Source: Raillietiella orientalis (Eukaryota). Taken from it: a stretch of DNA of 64,000 bases. Of the stretch, positions 12,340 to 23,994 are shown piece after piece. The number at the start of each line of letters is the position of its first letter. The stretch's first letter is position 1. Where the stretch lies: contig JAYWIR010000040.1 in assembly GCA_036172245.1 (NCBI GenBank), forward strand, positions 930,001-994,000, read 5' to 3'. The position numbers were made by a program, and so were the translations under genes. The notes beneath the pieces are model-generated. The model did no database searches and was not told the DNA's origin. It saw nothing but the letters and a program-made list of their open reading frames with translations.

Positions 12340-13545
12340 GCAGGGCGTCTGGCGCTGCTCACCCTGAACCGACGGCAGTGGAACCTCCTCCATGGGAACC
12401 CTGACTTTTGACGCCTTCCGCGCCCCAATCCACAGGTTTCGAGAACCGGTGGAAAGATGCCAGCAACTCGCGTCCCTGTTTCCCTGCCTCCGCTCCTCCG
12501 AGGACGAAAGCTTCCGGAGTCAGCTCCCTGGCAGTTGCTGGAGACGAACCTGGGGCGGATCGTTCGTCCTCTGACCTGAACGCAACGGACCCTTCTCTGA
12601 CAGAACCAGCGGGGCCGTGCCGAATGCAGTGGTTTGGTGCGGAGCAGCCCAAGATGCAAAAACGAGAGATGCGTTCGTCGTGGTTGCAGGCTCCGACACG
12701 GATGGGTGGCTGCGTCTCAGACTTCCCCGGGAAGCAAAATGCCTGAACAGGCAGGCGGGAATAATCGCAGAGCCCCGGAATGCGCTGAGGCGGCGGAGCC
12801 TCCCGAGACGAGGAGATGGCGGAGCCCAGCGCCTGCAACTCTGCTCGGGGAGGCGAGAATCCTGCCGCCAAAGGGCACCAGCGTGTGGGCCGGAGGTGGC
12901 CTGGGTAAGGCAAGACGCGCTGGAGGCATTGGAAGGAGGAGGTGACTCCAGCCTTACGGTGGCTGCAGGGAAGATGCGAGGGCCGAGAGCCGATTAACGC
13001 ATCTCCGGCAACGCCCGCCTGAGGTGACTGCAGGCAGTCAGCAGCCGGGGAGGCGCACGTGGGTGCTGGAATCCCAAGGAGGGGGGGACCCTGGCATAAG
13101 CGGCGGAGAGTCCGGCTCTAGGGGGTTCAGCATTCCAGGAGATCCCGACGTAGTTACTCCCTTCCCCGATCCGATCCCGCTGAAGAGGGAACACGTCACG
13201 TGGGAGGAGGCAGAGGAGAGTCCCGTGGTCCCACCGCCAGGGGTGCTTTTCTTCCGGGAGCCCATCGCCAGGTCCAGAGCAGCATGCGTGCTGATCCTAC
13301 TTCGCTTCTGATACTGGGCCGATTCCCTCTCCGATCTATCGCTGCTCTGCTCTCTGTGGAGGTGGCAGACAGTACCCGGGCAATTTCATGCCCACACCGG
13401 AAAACTCAGGAGCGCAGGTCGTGGAACGAGTCCCCCCCCTCATTCCCTTTCTCCTCCTCCAAGAAGCCCTCCGTCGCGCCAGCATCCGGGAATTGAGGGA
13501 CAGCATGAAGCCCACAGGAACTCCTATGCTCCCGGTCGGCACCTC
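12340..13545 (-). mobile_element. Degenerate Tx1-like fragment (family 5' region, APE remnant, short RT-end remnant)
   Basis: 13400-13480 shares CCCTCATTCC-containing sequence with the family 5' region (8380-8440, 14940-15000). SLFSGIGSGKGVTT (APE-like) at ~13150, LPYPGH (SDH-like) at ~12900, and RELLASFHRFS...KS (RT domain 6/7-like) at ~12400-12480. Confidence 0.5.
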
Positions 13546-13599
13546 CACCCGTGAGTGCCGTTAAGGAGCCAAGGAGTGGAGCAAAGAGCGTCCGCCCTC

Positions 13600-15980
13600 C
13601 GTTCGCTCGTCAGAGGCGCAAATGCGGGCGCACGGTTCCCTGCCGCTCGGAGCACCTCTCGCGCTGGCGGCGGCCGCCGCAGCTGCACGAGGGGAAGCTG
13701 CGCGGGCGGGAGAGGGAGGAAGGGGTCGCCTACCTCGGAACGCCGCTAAGGGAACACCGGCGCTGTGCTTTGGCGCTCGTGCATAGCCCGCGGGCAGAAG
13801 GCTCCACCAAGCCAGCGAGGACCTCTCGTGGCTGCCTGGGAAGACGACTGCCTAGAGGAGGGGGCGAGGACCATGGGCTGCCTTCGCTGCACAAGGGGTA
13901 CCTCCGCCCTTCCTTCCCTGCTCGGTGGTTTCCACATCAGCCTTTGGCGGAGCCCCGCCGAGTCCGCGGAAGGAAGGTCCTCCCTCGGGAGACGGAAGGA
14001 GGGAAGAGGAGGAGCACAGCCACTTGACCTTGCCCCCGACTCCCGGAGGAGCTCCCGTTTCAACTCCTCCTCCTCTTCTCCTTCTCCTTCTCCCGTAGCT
14101 CCAAAACAAAACAGCGCGCTGCTCTCGTGCTCTTCCCTGTGCGGTACTCTGGAGGCAGTGACGTCTGACCGGGCAGCCCGCGCTGCGCGGTGCTTCTTGC
14201 GCGGGGAAGACCTGTGGTCCGCGCGGCTGGCCCGTGGCAGAGGCCGCCTCGCTTCATGCTTGGTGGCAGCACCGGAAAGGGAGGGGGGTAAGATGTGCGG
14301 ATGCCTTTGGATGCAGGGAGAAGGTACCGCACGCGAGGATCCGCTGTCCTCGCGAAGGCGACGCCGGACCCACGGCTGGGGGACCAAGGGGGGCTGCCCA
14401 ACGAGCGCGAGCAGCTCGCCCCCTCCACGGAACACTCGTGCGTTGTTTCGAACGCGCAATTCATTACATGTAACCTATGTGATTGGTTCCGGTTTGACGG
14501 AAACAGGCAGTGGAAAGAGTTTCGTCGTCTGCCAAAAAAAAAAGGAAAACAAAAATGTAAAGCCACGCGGCCGCGTGGCTACAGTCTGCGCACTACATGA
14601 TACCAAAGCGTCACGGGTTCGAATCCCTCCTGTGATAAGGATCGACTTCGAGAACGATGGGTAAGCCGAGTTTCGAGTTCTCCCGCAAGATGACGTTGGT
14701 TGGCCTCGGTTGCTTCAGATGCGGCACTGGAGGAAACCGGTGGCTCCGTCAACTACTCCTTCCGAGAATCAATCCTTTCGATGCTCCATCCGGTTGGGAG
14801 AATGGGATATACCACGGAGCTGGTTCATGGGGGTTGCCTCTCCAGAGTGTGAAGAAGCTCGCTGCTCCCTTCTGGGAGCACGCTTCAGGGAAATTCGGAG
14901 GCGTCCCTTCGGGATCCTCTTCAGAGGAGGAGGAAAGAAGGGGAGGTTCTATTGAGGGTTCTCTTCGGGGAAGGAATGAGGGAGAGATGTTCTGGGTTCC
15001 CTACCGAACCTAAGAGGAACGGACTCCTTCCTCTGGAGCCTTCCAGGGACTCCCTCGGGGTTGCCCCCTAACCGAGTCACGCACACCCTCGGGTGGCGTT
15101 CACAATGTTAAAAGTGCCTCGTGGGGCCACCATGTGTCAGCACCCTCGAGCCTCTCTGATGCCCCTGGGGGGTGAACGAGTACTTGGCGAACGAGTGAGG
15201 GGGGGGGGGGAACGAAAAGGAAAAAGGGAAGAGGCTGGAAGGGAAGCCGTAGCGCAGCAAAAGAACCCCAAGAGGATTTCCATCACCCTAAGCCAACAGT
15301 ATGGTGACCTCCCACCGAGGTCGCTGATGAACTTTCGGAAGCAGAAGAAAATAAAAAAAAAAAAAAAGACGCCACTGGGAACCTGGATGCACTGCCACCA
15401 AACTTCGCAGCGTAGTCATGGAGACAGGGAAATGAAAATGTAAAAACGAAACGAAAAGACGAAATCAGCGTCCTGAGCAGCATCCGCGAAGGCTCCCCCT
15501 CTCTCGTGAACGCCGACAAAAGTGATCTTCAGTGCTCCGAGCAGCGAACGCTGAGCTCCCTCTCTTCGTTTTCTTCCAGCCTGAGCAGAGCTGCCTGCGG
15601 ACGCACCCACGCAAGGGCCTCGTCGATACCTCATCCACACCTCGTTCCAATGACGTGCCTCTTCTTTGTACTCGCAGCTTCTTTCTTCCTTCCATGTTTG
15701 TTTTTTCTTTTTCTTCAACCTGAAGGAAAGATCCCTCGCTGCGCTTTCTCGGGACGGCCACGGGTCACGGACTGGAAGCGGATGGAAGCGGTCGCCCCTA
15801 GAACTTGGACCATGACGACATCCGACTGCGCATGAGCTCGCCCGCGCGCGACCTGCGTTCTCAAAGGGAACGCACAGCGGACCGGATGTGTGCCGATCGC
15901 GTCCCACCTGCTCCGAGAGTGCAGCCTCATGGCTCATCCTCCGCATCCGCAGCGCTGAGCAGCCGCGGCTCCGCATTCAT
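13600..15980 (-). other. Possible small spliced gene of unknown product, with the 14561 element lying inside it
   Basis: GC-rich exon-like blocks bounded by plausible GT/AG sites (e.g. GAGCAG|GTGGGA ~15908, ACGCAG|GTC ~15853, GCAAG|GTCAAG ~14029) and a Glu-rich segment (GEGEEEEELKRELLRES). No recognisable domain, and frames are not resolved. Confidence 0.25.
14561..15060 (+). mobile_element. 5' end (tRNA-like head and 5' region) of the tRNA-headed retroelement family; SINE-like
   Basis: Perfect B-box GGTTCGAATCC at 14616-14626. Aligns with the reverse complement of 8863-8320 (ccaaagcgtcacgggttcgaatccc vs ccaagcgttgcggtttcggatcccc; tcccgcaagatgacgttgg; gggggttgc.tctccagagtgtgaagaagc) and with the reverse complement of 4411-4300. 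Confidence 0.7.
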
Positions 15981-16984
15981 TTCGGAGAGAACTGTTGCTT
16001 CGTTTGCTTTAAAAAAAATACCTCCAGAAGGCCAGGTCGTGACCTAGCATTCTTGGTCTTTTATTAAATACATATATCTTGTTTGAAAGAGGAAAGGAAG
16101 GAAGGAAACCTCCACTGTGGAAAAGAACGGGGAGGGAGGAAGAACAGAGTATTTGCCATGCCGCTCGCCAGCAGGAAAAGATCGAAAAGATCAGCTCCGA
16201 GATGGCATCCTGATAGCTTTGATTTCCGTAACTACAAACGCAGAGAAACCCCTCCTAGTATTGCCGTGTTTTCGACCCCACAACGACCCGTTTCGTTTTT
16301 TTGTGATAAAGCAAAACAAAACATCTTCAAGACACATACGAAGACCTCATCTAACATCTAAGGTCTTAAGTTTCTAGGGTTAAGGAAAAAGATTTTTCAA
16401 TAGCGCGTTTCCTTCGCAGATTCTTTGAGAGCAACAATGATTTTCTTTCCTATACGAAGAAGCTGGCAACACTGACGAGAGGTCATGACAAGGGAACATT
16501 GAGGGTTTCCCAAAAGACATTGCTTCTCGGCTGAGCAACAGTAAAGAAGGGAGTGGTGGTGTTCCACTGTCACTAGGTGAGTCAGACACGCCATTTGGGA
16601 TCGCTCACATCCACGGACGTGATCGTCAGCGGTTCTGATGGGTCTGCGAAGGAAAAAGTCCGAAAGGAAGATGCGAACGTATCAGACTCATTTGAAAAAT
16701 CAGGTCGTTCATTTGCGTCAGGCGCAGCAGCTTCTGCTCCACCTGAGAAGGCCAGGAGCATCGGTTTCAGCTAAGATAGAGATGCCAAAGATGTTCTCGG
16801 GCCTGAGACCCATCCCACTTCACGGTCACCAAAGCAGATTACGTGGAAACGAGAGCGAAACATCCTCCGTTATGCAACTCCGTGAACTTCACTATTGTGA
16901 CCAGTAGCGGAATCTATGAATCCAAAATCTGCTTGTAGAATTCAGACGGCACATGAGAACATCCAGGGATTTTCGTTGAAAAAT

Positions 16985-19120
16985 TCAAATGGCTAAGCTG
17001 AGATCAGGCGCCAAGTGGTATTTCTCGGTGTTTCGCATCTGTACAGACGAGAGCGAGAACAGAGAATTTGACGACAGGCAATGTACAGTTGATATGGTAT
17101 ACTGCCGGGCGAAGGCGAAGCGAGACATCTGAATGCATCCAAATTCAATATGATGACCGGAAGATAAGGACGAGAGAGCATGCAAAATGCCAAAGGGGGC
17201 TGTAGAAATAAGATGCAGTTATGCCCATGCATTTATAATCCCCTAATTTGCAGCAGTCTTCGTAGATGATAAAAAGGCTGACGACAGATGATGCTGGGAA
17301 GCACCTTGAGGCACACAAACGGTACGCGCTTTGCCTAATAGTATGTGGAGCCTTGAGGAAATCGATCCGCTTTAATTTTTCTGGCTCGGCATCCTATGTA
17401 AGCATTTGTCCCTTTTGCCTTCACTGGTGGCACAAGACACGCTGGTAAATAACCAAAGTGATGAAGAAATCGAAAAAAAAAAAAAACAAATCTATTCAAA
17501 GCAGCATTCGATTTTAGTCTTTTAGAAAAAATGCTGATGGCAAATTGCAGTTAGTAACCGACTACTGAACACATCCAAAGATTGGGGGAAAATACCCACG
17601 GCAATTTTCCTTTCGGTTGTTGAGACCTTTACTAGGAGGCATTTTCTCACTGCCACCATAAGCACCAAATGCCAAATACGTATTAAAAGCATACCCCCTG
17701 GGAAATGCATTCGTAATGGCACCGAAACGAAAATTCAAGGCCAGCCTGCTAATTTCGATTCCAGAGATTCTTGTGCTTTGTCCAGGGTTTCGATAGGTGA
17801 GACAGGGGAAAGCCTGCTGCAGAGTTTCAATGAGCTCGGCTCGAATGGCCCTAACGCTTCCGGTGAGCACCGCTGAAATCTGACCGTGAAATTCAGCGTT
17901 TGGTCAACGTACATTACCATAACCATAAAACAAGATTAAATATTCGGCAGACGCCGAGAAAGCAATCTACGAGAGTAACTTGCCTTGCAAAAAAAAAAAA
18001 GGAAAAAAAAAAGGCACAGCCGCAAGAGCTGCCAGATCATTCTGTCTGGTTTCTTCCGTTAAATGCTTGAACAGCCGATGATCTCGGTGGTATCACCTCA
18101 AACCACAGGACATATAGGAAACATATAAATTACATCATAAAGACAAATGAATTTCATTCCATCGTGAATCTGCTTGCAAGCAGACTCCTATCTGTGTATG
18201 AGTTTGTTGAGCACCGAGGATCGCGGAAAGTGTTCCCAATTTCACGATATTCCAAAGATCGGCTCCTCTTCGGAGGTGCACAGCATCTCGGTGGGAGGAT
18301 TCACGCGTGCCATTCCACACCGGGGAGTCAGCATTCCGTTTCGAGGACGAAGAGCTGATTCGAGGCAGTACATGGCGTACACACAAAGAAAGCGTACACC
18401 CTGAACAATGGAAACGTTTTCCTATCACGCAGCCCTGTATTTTACAGCAGCCTTCCGGAGAGGACGGCCACGACTGCTTCACCACTCAGATGACCCAAGT
18501 CCACAATCGCGGGAGCTTGGCAGCTTGGATTTCACCGGACCATCGCGTAGCCCAGGAATCTTCGCATAAGATGAGGGAGGCATAAGACACCGGAAACCGG
18601 GCGCGACTTCCGGGAAGCGTGTTCACCGGGGGTGAGGAGGACGGAACATGGAACACGACGAACATTTCCGGTTCTCCTGAAACGTTCACTGCCCGGCTAA
18701 CAGAGGGCTCGCAAACTCAAGCAGTCAGCAGCAAAAGAGTTTCGAGATCATAATGGAGTCGGTCAGTGAGGTAAAAAGTCAGCTCAGCGCACCCGACGCA
18801 TTCCGAGGGCGGAGTCGAGGCGGAAGGCCGATACCCTACTGCTTTTACTTCCTGTATTTTACCCCCATTCTCCCTTTCCATTCCTTGCATCATATTCCGG
18901 ATGGATTCAAACAGCGTTGCTGCTGTATGCATTCCATGGATTGATCGAAACGGCAGGATTGCACGAAGCAGTTTATAAGGCACCGTAAACTTGGAGGCGG
19001 TGCCAACAGCAAATGACCCTCCCAAGTCAACATGCCCAAGCACGTAATGTTGCAAATAGAAAAGCAAGGTAAACAGCCGGCAAACAGCACCCGATCCAAT
19101 GAATAGTAGTCACTGATAAA
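16985..19120 (-). pseudogene. hAT-superfamily transposase remnant
   Basis: Ordered hAT motifs on the minus strand: LSVTTIHW (~19100; SLTxDxW), YKLLRAILPFRSIHGMHTAATLFESI (~18900-18980; L.F..I.G.HTA), QADSRWNE (~18160; TRWNS) and ARQYT...SSNSLFS...LAPD (~17000-17110; C-terminal dimerisation domain). Frameshifts and stops lie between them. No TIRs identified. Confidence 0.75.
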
Positions 19121-19498
19121 TTGATGGTAGAAAAATCATGCTTTATTTCAAACAATTGTTCTTGGAGGTTTTTTTTCCACATTTATTTTACACCTTGATT
19201 GATGGCTGCAACTTTATGAATCAGTATGGGGGTGAGATGTACTACATATTAGTGCATATCAGAGTGCATGAATTCGAAAAACCGAACACATACAAGTTAA
19301 ATTTAAACCAATTAGGAAACAATATGAACAAAAAAGGGGGGCCAAAAACAGAGAACATGTGATCACTAATCAAGCGGGTACTTTTCTACGGAAAATTTTT
19401 TTTTTGTAAACAAATAAAAAGATATGCTGAAAAAAGCATATTTGTTTTGAATTGTATTTTATTACAATACATAAGTTATCTACTGAAAATTAGGCTGC

Positions 19499-20419
19499 TC
19501 ATGACTTCAGCATAGCGAACTTCTTCCTTCCTTCCTCATTAATACAACATATATGCTACAAAAATCATAAGAATATAGAAACCCTCAAACGTGAGATCTT
19601 ACATTGACATCTCTGAATGCTTCATTGTAGTCTAATGCATAACCAACAACAAAATAATGGGCTGGTATCTCAAAACCGATATCTAAAAAAAATATTTGGA
19701 AGAAACAAAAAAATTAAACACACAATCTGCTTTGAAGAACTCTTCAGATCCTGTTTTCATGAGAAGACTGACAACCTTGACACACTTTGGTTGAAACTTT
19801 TTCAGGGTTTCAAGAAAAACACACATGGTTTTCCCAGTGTCAATGATGTCTTCAACAACTAAAACATTTCTGCCTCTCACAGACTCGAGATTAATTGCAT
19901 TATATATTTCCGCATCTGATGACTTGTCATCCTGTTGAAGGCATAAAGTATAAGACTTTCAAGAAAGCTGTTAAACAAACCATATAGCTTTTGATTCCTA
20001 CAAACTCCATGCCAAAAGAAATTTTCTTATCCACACTGAAGCGATTAAGGTTCGAAAAACTATCAAGTAAGCAAGTAAAGAACTTGTATCCACCTTTGAG
20101 AATACAAACAGCTACAAATGGGAGATATTCAAAATCTTCTGCAATGCCAACTGCAAGACGATGAACTCTAAAATGCAAAACGTGTTGGCATATTTCAATC
20201 AAGCTCCAAAACCTACCTATCTTTCACCATTCCTGCAGGGATAAGCACACAGTCCAAATAAGGTTTATAGTGTTTAGGGATACAGAACAGTTCAAGACCA
20301 TAGCCAGGAAAATCAGCAGTTATCTACCAACAAATGAAAATGAACCACATCACAAAGACCATCATTACCTTTATATGATTGCTTTCATTTGTCACCTGCT
20401 TTTCATTGGATGTTTCCAT
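19499..20419 (-). CDS. HPRT1: Hypoxanthine-guanine phosphoribosyltransferase, 6 coding exons: 20419-20369, 20323-20217, 20167-19981, 19931-19724, 19682-19603, 19555-19499
   Basis: Spliced translation METSNEKQ...FPGYGLELFCIPKHY...VLIPAGMVKDRVHRLA...VCILKGGYKFF...IKSY...GRNVLVVEDIIDTGKTM...[45 protein letters not shown]. It has the PRPP-binding motif and all canonical HPRT motifs. GT-AG introns have consistent phases, and AATAAA lies at 19462-19457. Confidence 0.95.
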
Positions 20420-22699
20420 TTTGAAGTTTTCACTTCTAGAATAAAAATTATTTAGTAGCATGCTGCTTCCTTCAATTCAAAGTATTCAAAATGTTTTACC
20501 AACTGCTCCTGTTCCAAATATCATGCATGCGATTGTAATGAACATTCACAAATACAACAATATGCCCTATGCAGTTTAAACCAGATAGCACATGAATTTT
20601 TGAGTGAGTTTTACAATAAAACATTTGAAATGATCGGATAAAAACAATCATGCACATAACACAAACAAAATCCAATTCTAACTTCCTAAATGTTTTAACT
20701 GGGCAAAATGAAAACCTATTCTACTTTTCAAAACCACTGCTAGACTGCACTTTTGGTGTCTTTACAATTACTTTGTCATAAGAAAAGTGTTACCGAAAGA
20801 ACAGAACTGAGGAAGTTCACTAGAGCCTATGTAAAAGTTGAAATCTGCAATGGGAGCAAAAACGTAAAAATCATAGTCAACACGTTCATAATTGAAAACA
20901 TTCAAATATGTGCCACACTTTCTTATAACCACAATAATGAAAGCAAAAGCACTCAAAAACCCTTATTCACAAAAACCATAAAACCAAAACAACCAAAAAA
21001 TCACTATTATAGTAATAATATGTAAATGCAAAAATGAATCACTATAAAGAACAAGTATCTTTTGGTGGACTTTGCAATACTTCCGTTCAATGAGTTGTTT
21101 TGTGTCAATCTGCCAGTTCAACAACTCATCTTAATGATCTCTGACTATAAGTAATTCAGTTATATTTATCAAAACATCTGCAGCTTTTCATTTTTTAATG
21201 ATGAATTTAGTAATTCTTCAAGAACAATTCCTACTGTTCCTCAGCTCAGCTTAATTTTTGTAAAATCTTCTCACTCAACCTCCAGAAGAAGCTTGTGTTT
21301 TGACCTATCAAGTACAGTTCTGGCTTATCCATCCAGCCTTCTTATGATGATGATGAATAAATCATTTTACTTTTGTATATCTTTTTGTTCGCACTTCTTT
21401 CATTTTCTATCATATGCTTCAACAGTGTCCTCCAAACCATGAAACTATTTGATAACCTGCTAAATAATGCCATAAACTTCCGACAAATGACAATTATTTT
21501 TGAAAAATCAATCACACAAAACACTGTAACCTTCATTTTTCAGAACCTTGTGAAAGTCATTTAAAATTATCTTCCAAAAATTATTTTTAAATCACAACAG
21601 CTTATGATCTGTGCTGTGTGCAATTTTTTCTCTTTCACTATCATTTTGCATTTCAAATGTTGAACTGAAGAGTTGGAACTGCTACATAAATCTGCATGTC
21701 TCTATGCTAATGCAAAAGACCAACCTTCAAAACTTGAAAGGAAGGTTCTTAACTAACTAACCCTTCAAACATGAATCGGAGAAACTATAATTACATTACT
21801 TTGCTTGCTGCAACAGAACACCTTTAGATTCAATAAACAACATGGAAGAAACACAATGATTTTTCGGTGTGAGGTATGGCAAATTCTTCTCCTGATGGGG
21901 AACACATCTGAAGTATTGAACCCTGTGAAACTCATTCGGTATTTTTGAAATATATGTTCATAATCTTATATAAATACCACACTAAAGTGAAAAGTACTAA
22001 TTTTATTTGGTAACAAACAACTGTTACTCACCTGTCAATCCAATTTAGTATTAATTGGAGACACTGATGATTTCTAAAATTTGTATCGCAAAATCCTACT
22101 GAACTTTCTCTAGAGCTTAATCGAAAAAATGTTCACTATTAGTGTTCCAACGTTTATTTAAAAAAAAAAAAATACTCCCAATAATTTTAGGAAATCTGAC
22201 AAAAATCCCCAACAAACTTTTCGAGAATAGTCCTAATCTACACCAGTGACGAGCATATAAGAGGTCTTAACTTACAATGAACAACACATTTCACAGAATG
22301 GTAACAAATACTTTTTCAAGAGAATAAGGAAAGAACCACCACTAAAAATCCACGTTCATTAAAATATGTTGATATGCCAGTCAAATTCCTTCAGTTTTGT
22401 CTATGAAAAAACGTGATAAGAATGCAAACGTTTGCACAAACATGTGCCTTACTAAGGATACGGCTTTTGTGCAAAGTCATTGAAGACTTTCCTTTCCTTT
22501 ATGGGGATTGTTATAAACACAGAATTGAAATGATACACAAGCCCTTTTATATATATTTTTGCAAAGTATTTTCCCAATTAAATTTCCAATACCAAATAGC
22601 AATTTTTAACGACCAAATCACAAAGTTACAAAATATGCTAGCAAATTCACGATCCCTAGGCAGAATTTTATCCCGATACTTACAGAAAAGTTTCAAATT

Positions 22700-23460
22700 G
22701 ATAAAGCTTTCGAGGATACCATTAGATCACAGAAAACTGGATTAATCACAATTCTGGACACCATTATAAAGAGTAACCCGGTAAAGCTTCGTGCCGTCTC
22801 ATCTCACCGTGCTTGGAAAACCAACCGAGGCCCCACGGCTGATTGGGTGAACACACTACTAAATTACTTTCTGCAATTCCTACATGCCATCTCCTTGTAT
22901 TTTTGAATCGTACGGAACGACAGTGTACAAAAGGGGTTAAGCTTAGCTAATCAATATTACCATAAATCGAGAATAAATTCTTTTCTGTTGACCATGAAAA
23001 TCTCGAATTGATTGTCTTCACTTTCTGCTGGTGACAGTCCGTCTACATTCACACCCTTATTCGTGCAAATGGTAACCATAATTTCCTATCCAACTTTATG
23101 AAATGATTTACTTTTGAACAAATCACACATAACTGTGGTTTTGACAACGATTGCCGTACGATACAGAACTACACGGTTCAACCACACCATTTTTGCTTTT
23201 TTTTTTTTTTCCTCTCGTTTTTTTTTTTCTCTTCTTTTATTTATCGTGTTTTTATTTACGCACGTAATAAAAAAACGTTTACTGCGATGCATGTAGCAAT
23301 GGCTCCCTACAAAATGTTATATTCCCATTTTACATATCAATTGGTAATTTAATAAATGGAAAAAAACAAAGGTATTTTTATTTGCAGTTTAGTTTGAAAG
23401 ATTGTGACCGGAAATTTTTCAAAAGAACCAAAATGAAAAATTTTAAATATCGCCTCTTGT
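22700..23460. promoter_or_regulatory. Probable bidirectional promoter / CpG-retaining island between HPRT (-) and the zinc-finger gene (+)
   Basis: CpG dinucleotides recover locally inside an otherwise CpG-depleted block. Minus-strand splice donors (GTGAGT ~22031, GTGAGA ~22807) are consistent with HPRT 5' UTR exons splicing to the acceptor at ~20437. The genes diverge from here. Confidence 0.45.
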
Positions 23461-23994
23461 TCTTTTTTTATGACATAGCATCAATAGAAGTGAAGGCTAA
23501 ACGGCTAACCAACAAAATAAAACAAGTTCTTGTTTCGAATAAATGTAATCCTTATAGATAATCACGTGTTGATGCCATACGTTTGTGGAAAATACATTTT
23601 TGAAACTGTAGAATTATGCATCCCTGTACATTAATTATTATCTGTGTGTTGCCGTTTTTTCATTTCAACCACCAAATAATAACCTGAAAACTGTTGCCAT
23701 TAATGATACAATTATTTCGTGCCCTTAATAGGTAATTTTAAATTTACTGTACAAAAATCTGAGATGAACGTGATATCCTTAATCTTCAAAGGTTTAATTT
23801 CTTACTGCACAAATATAAACTGTCCAGCAACCTATGTATTCATATATCATTTGTAGATGGTATTCAAATTAGTGATATGATAATGATAGTTATATATATA
23901 GTTATGAAACTACAAGTAAGGAATATATTAAATTAGCTGATAATTTCTGCAGTTTTGTTTTCAAACTTTAGTAAAGTAGTTCATTTGATTCCAG

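Noticed and set aside
14561..14640. Functional tRNA gene at the perfect B-box (also at 4340-4411 and 8790-8863)
   Set aside because: No intact cloverleaf, acceptor stem or oligo-T terminator, and the sequence continues into shared repeat sequence, so it was called a tRNA-derived element head.
21060..21570. Coding-like minus-strand stretch in the HPRT 5' intron
   Set aside because: Multiple stops in all frames and no recognisable motif.
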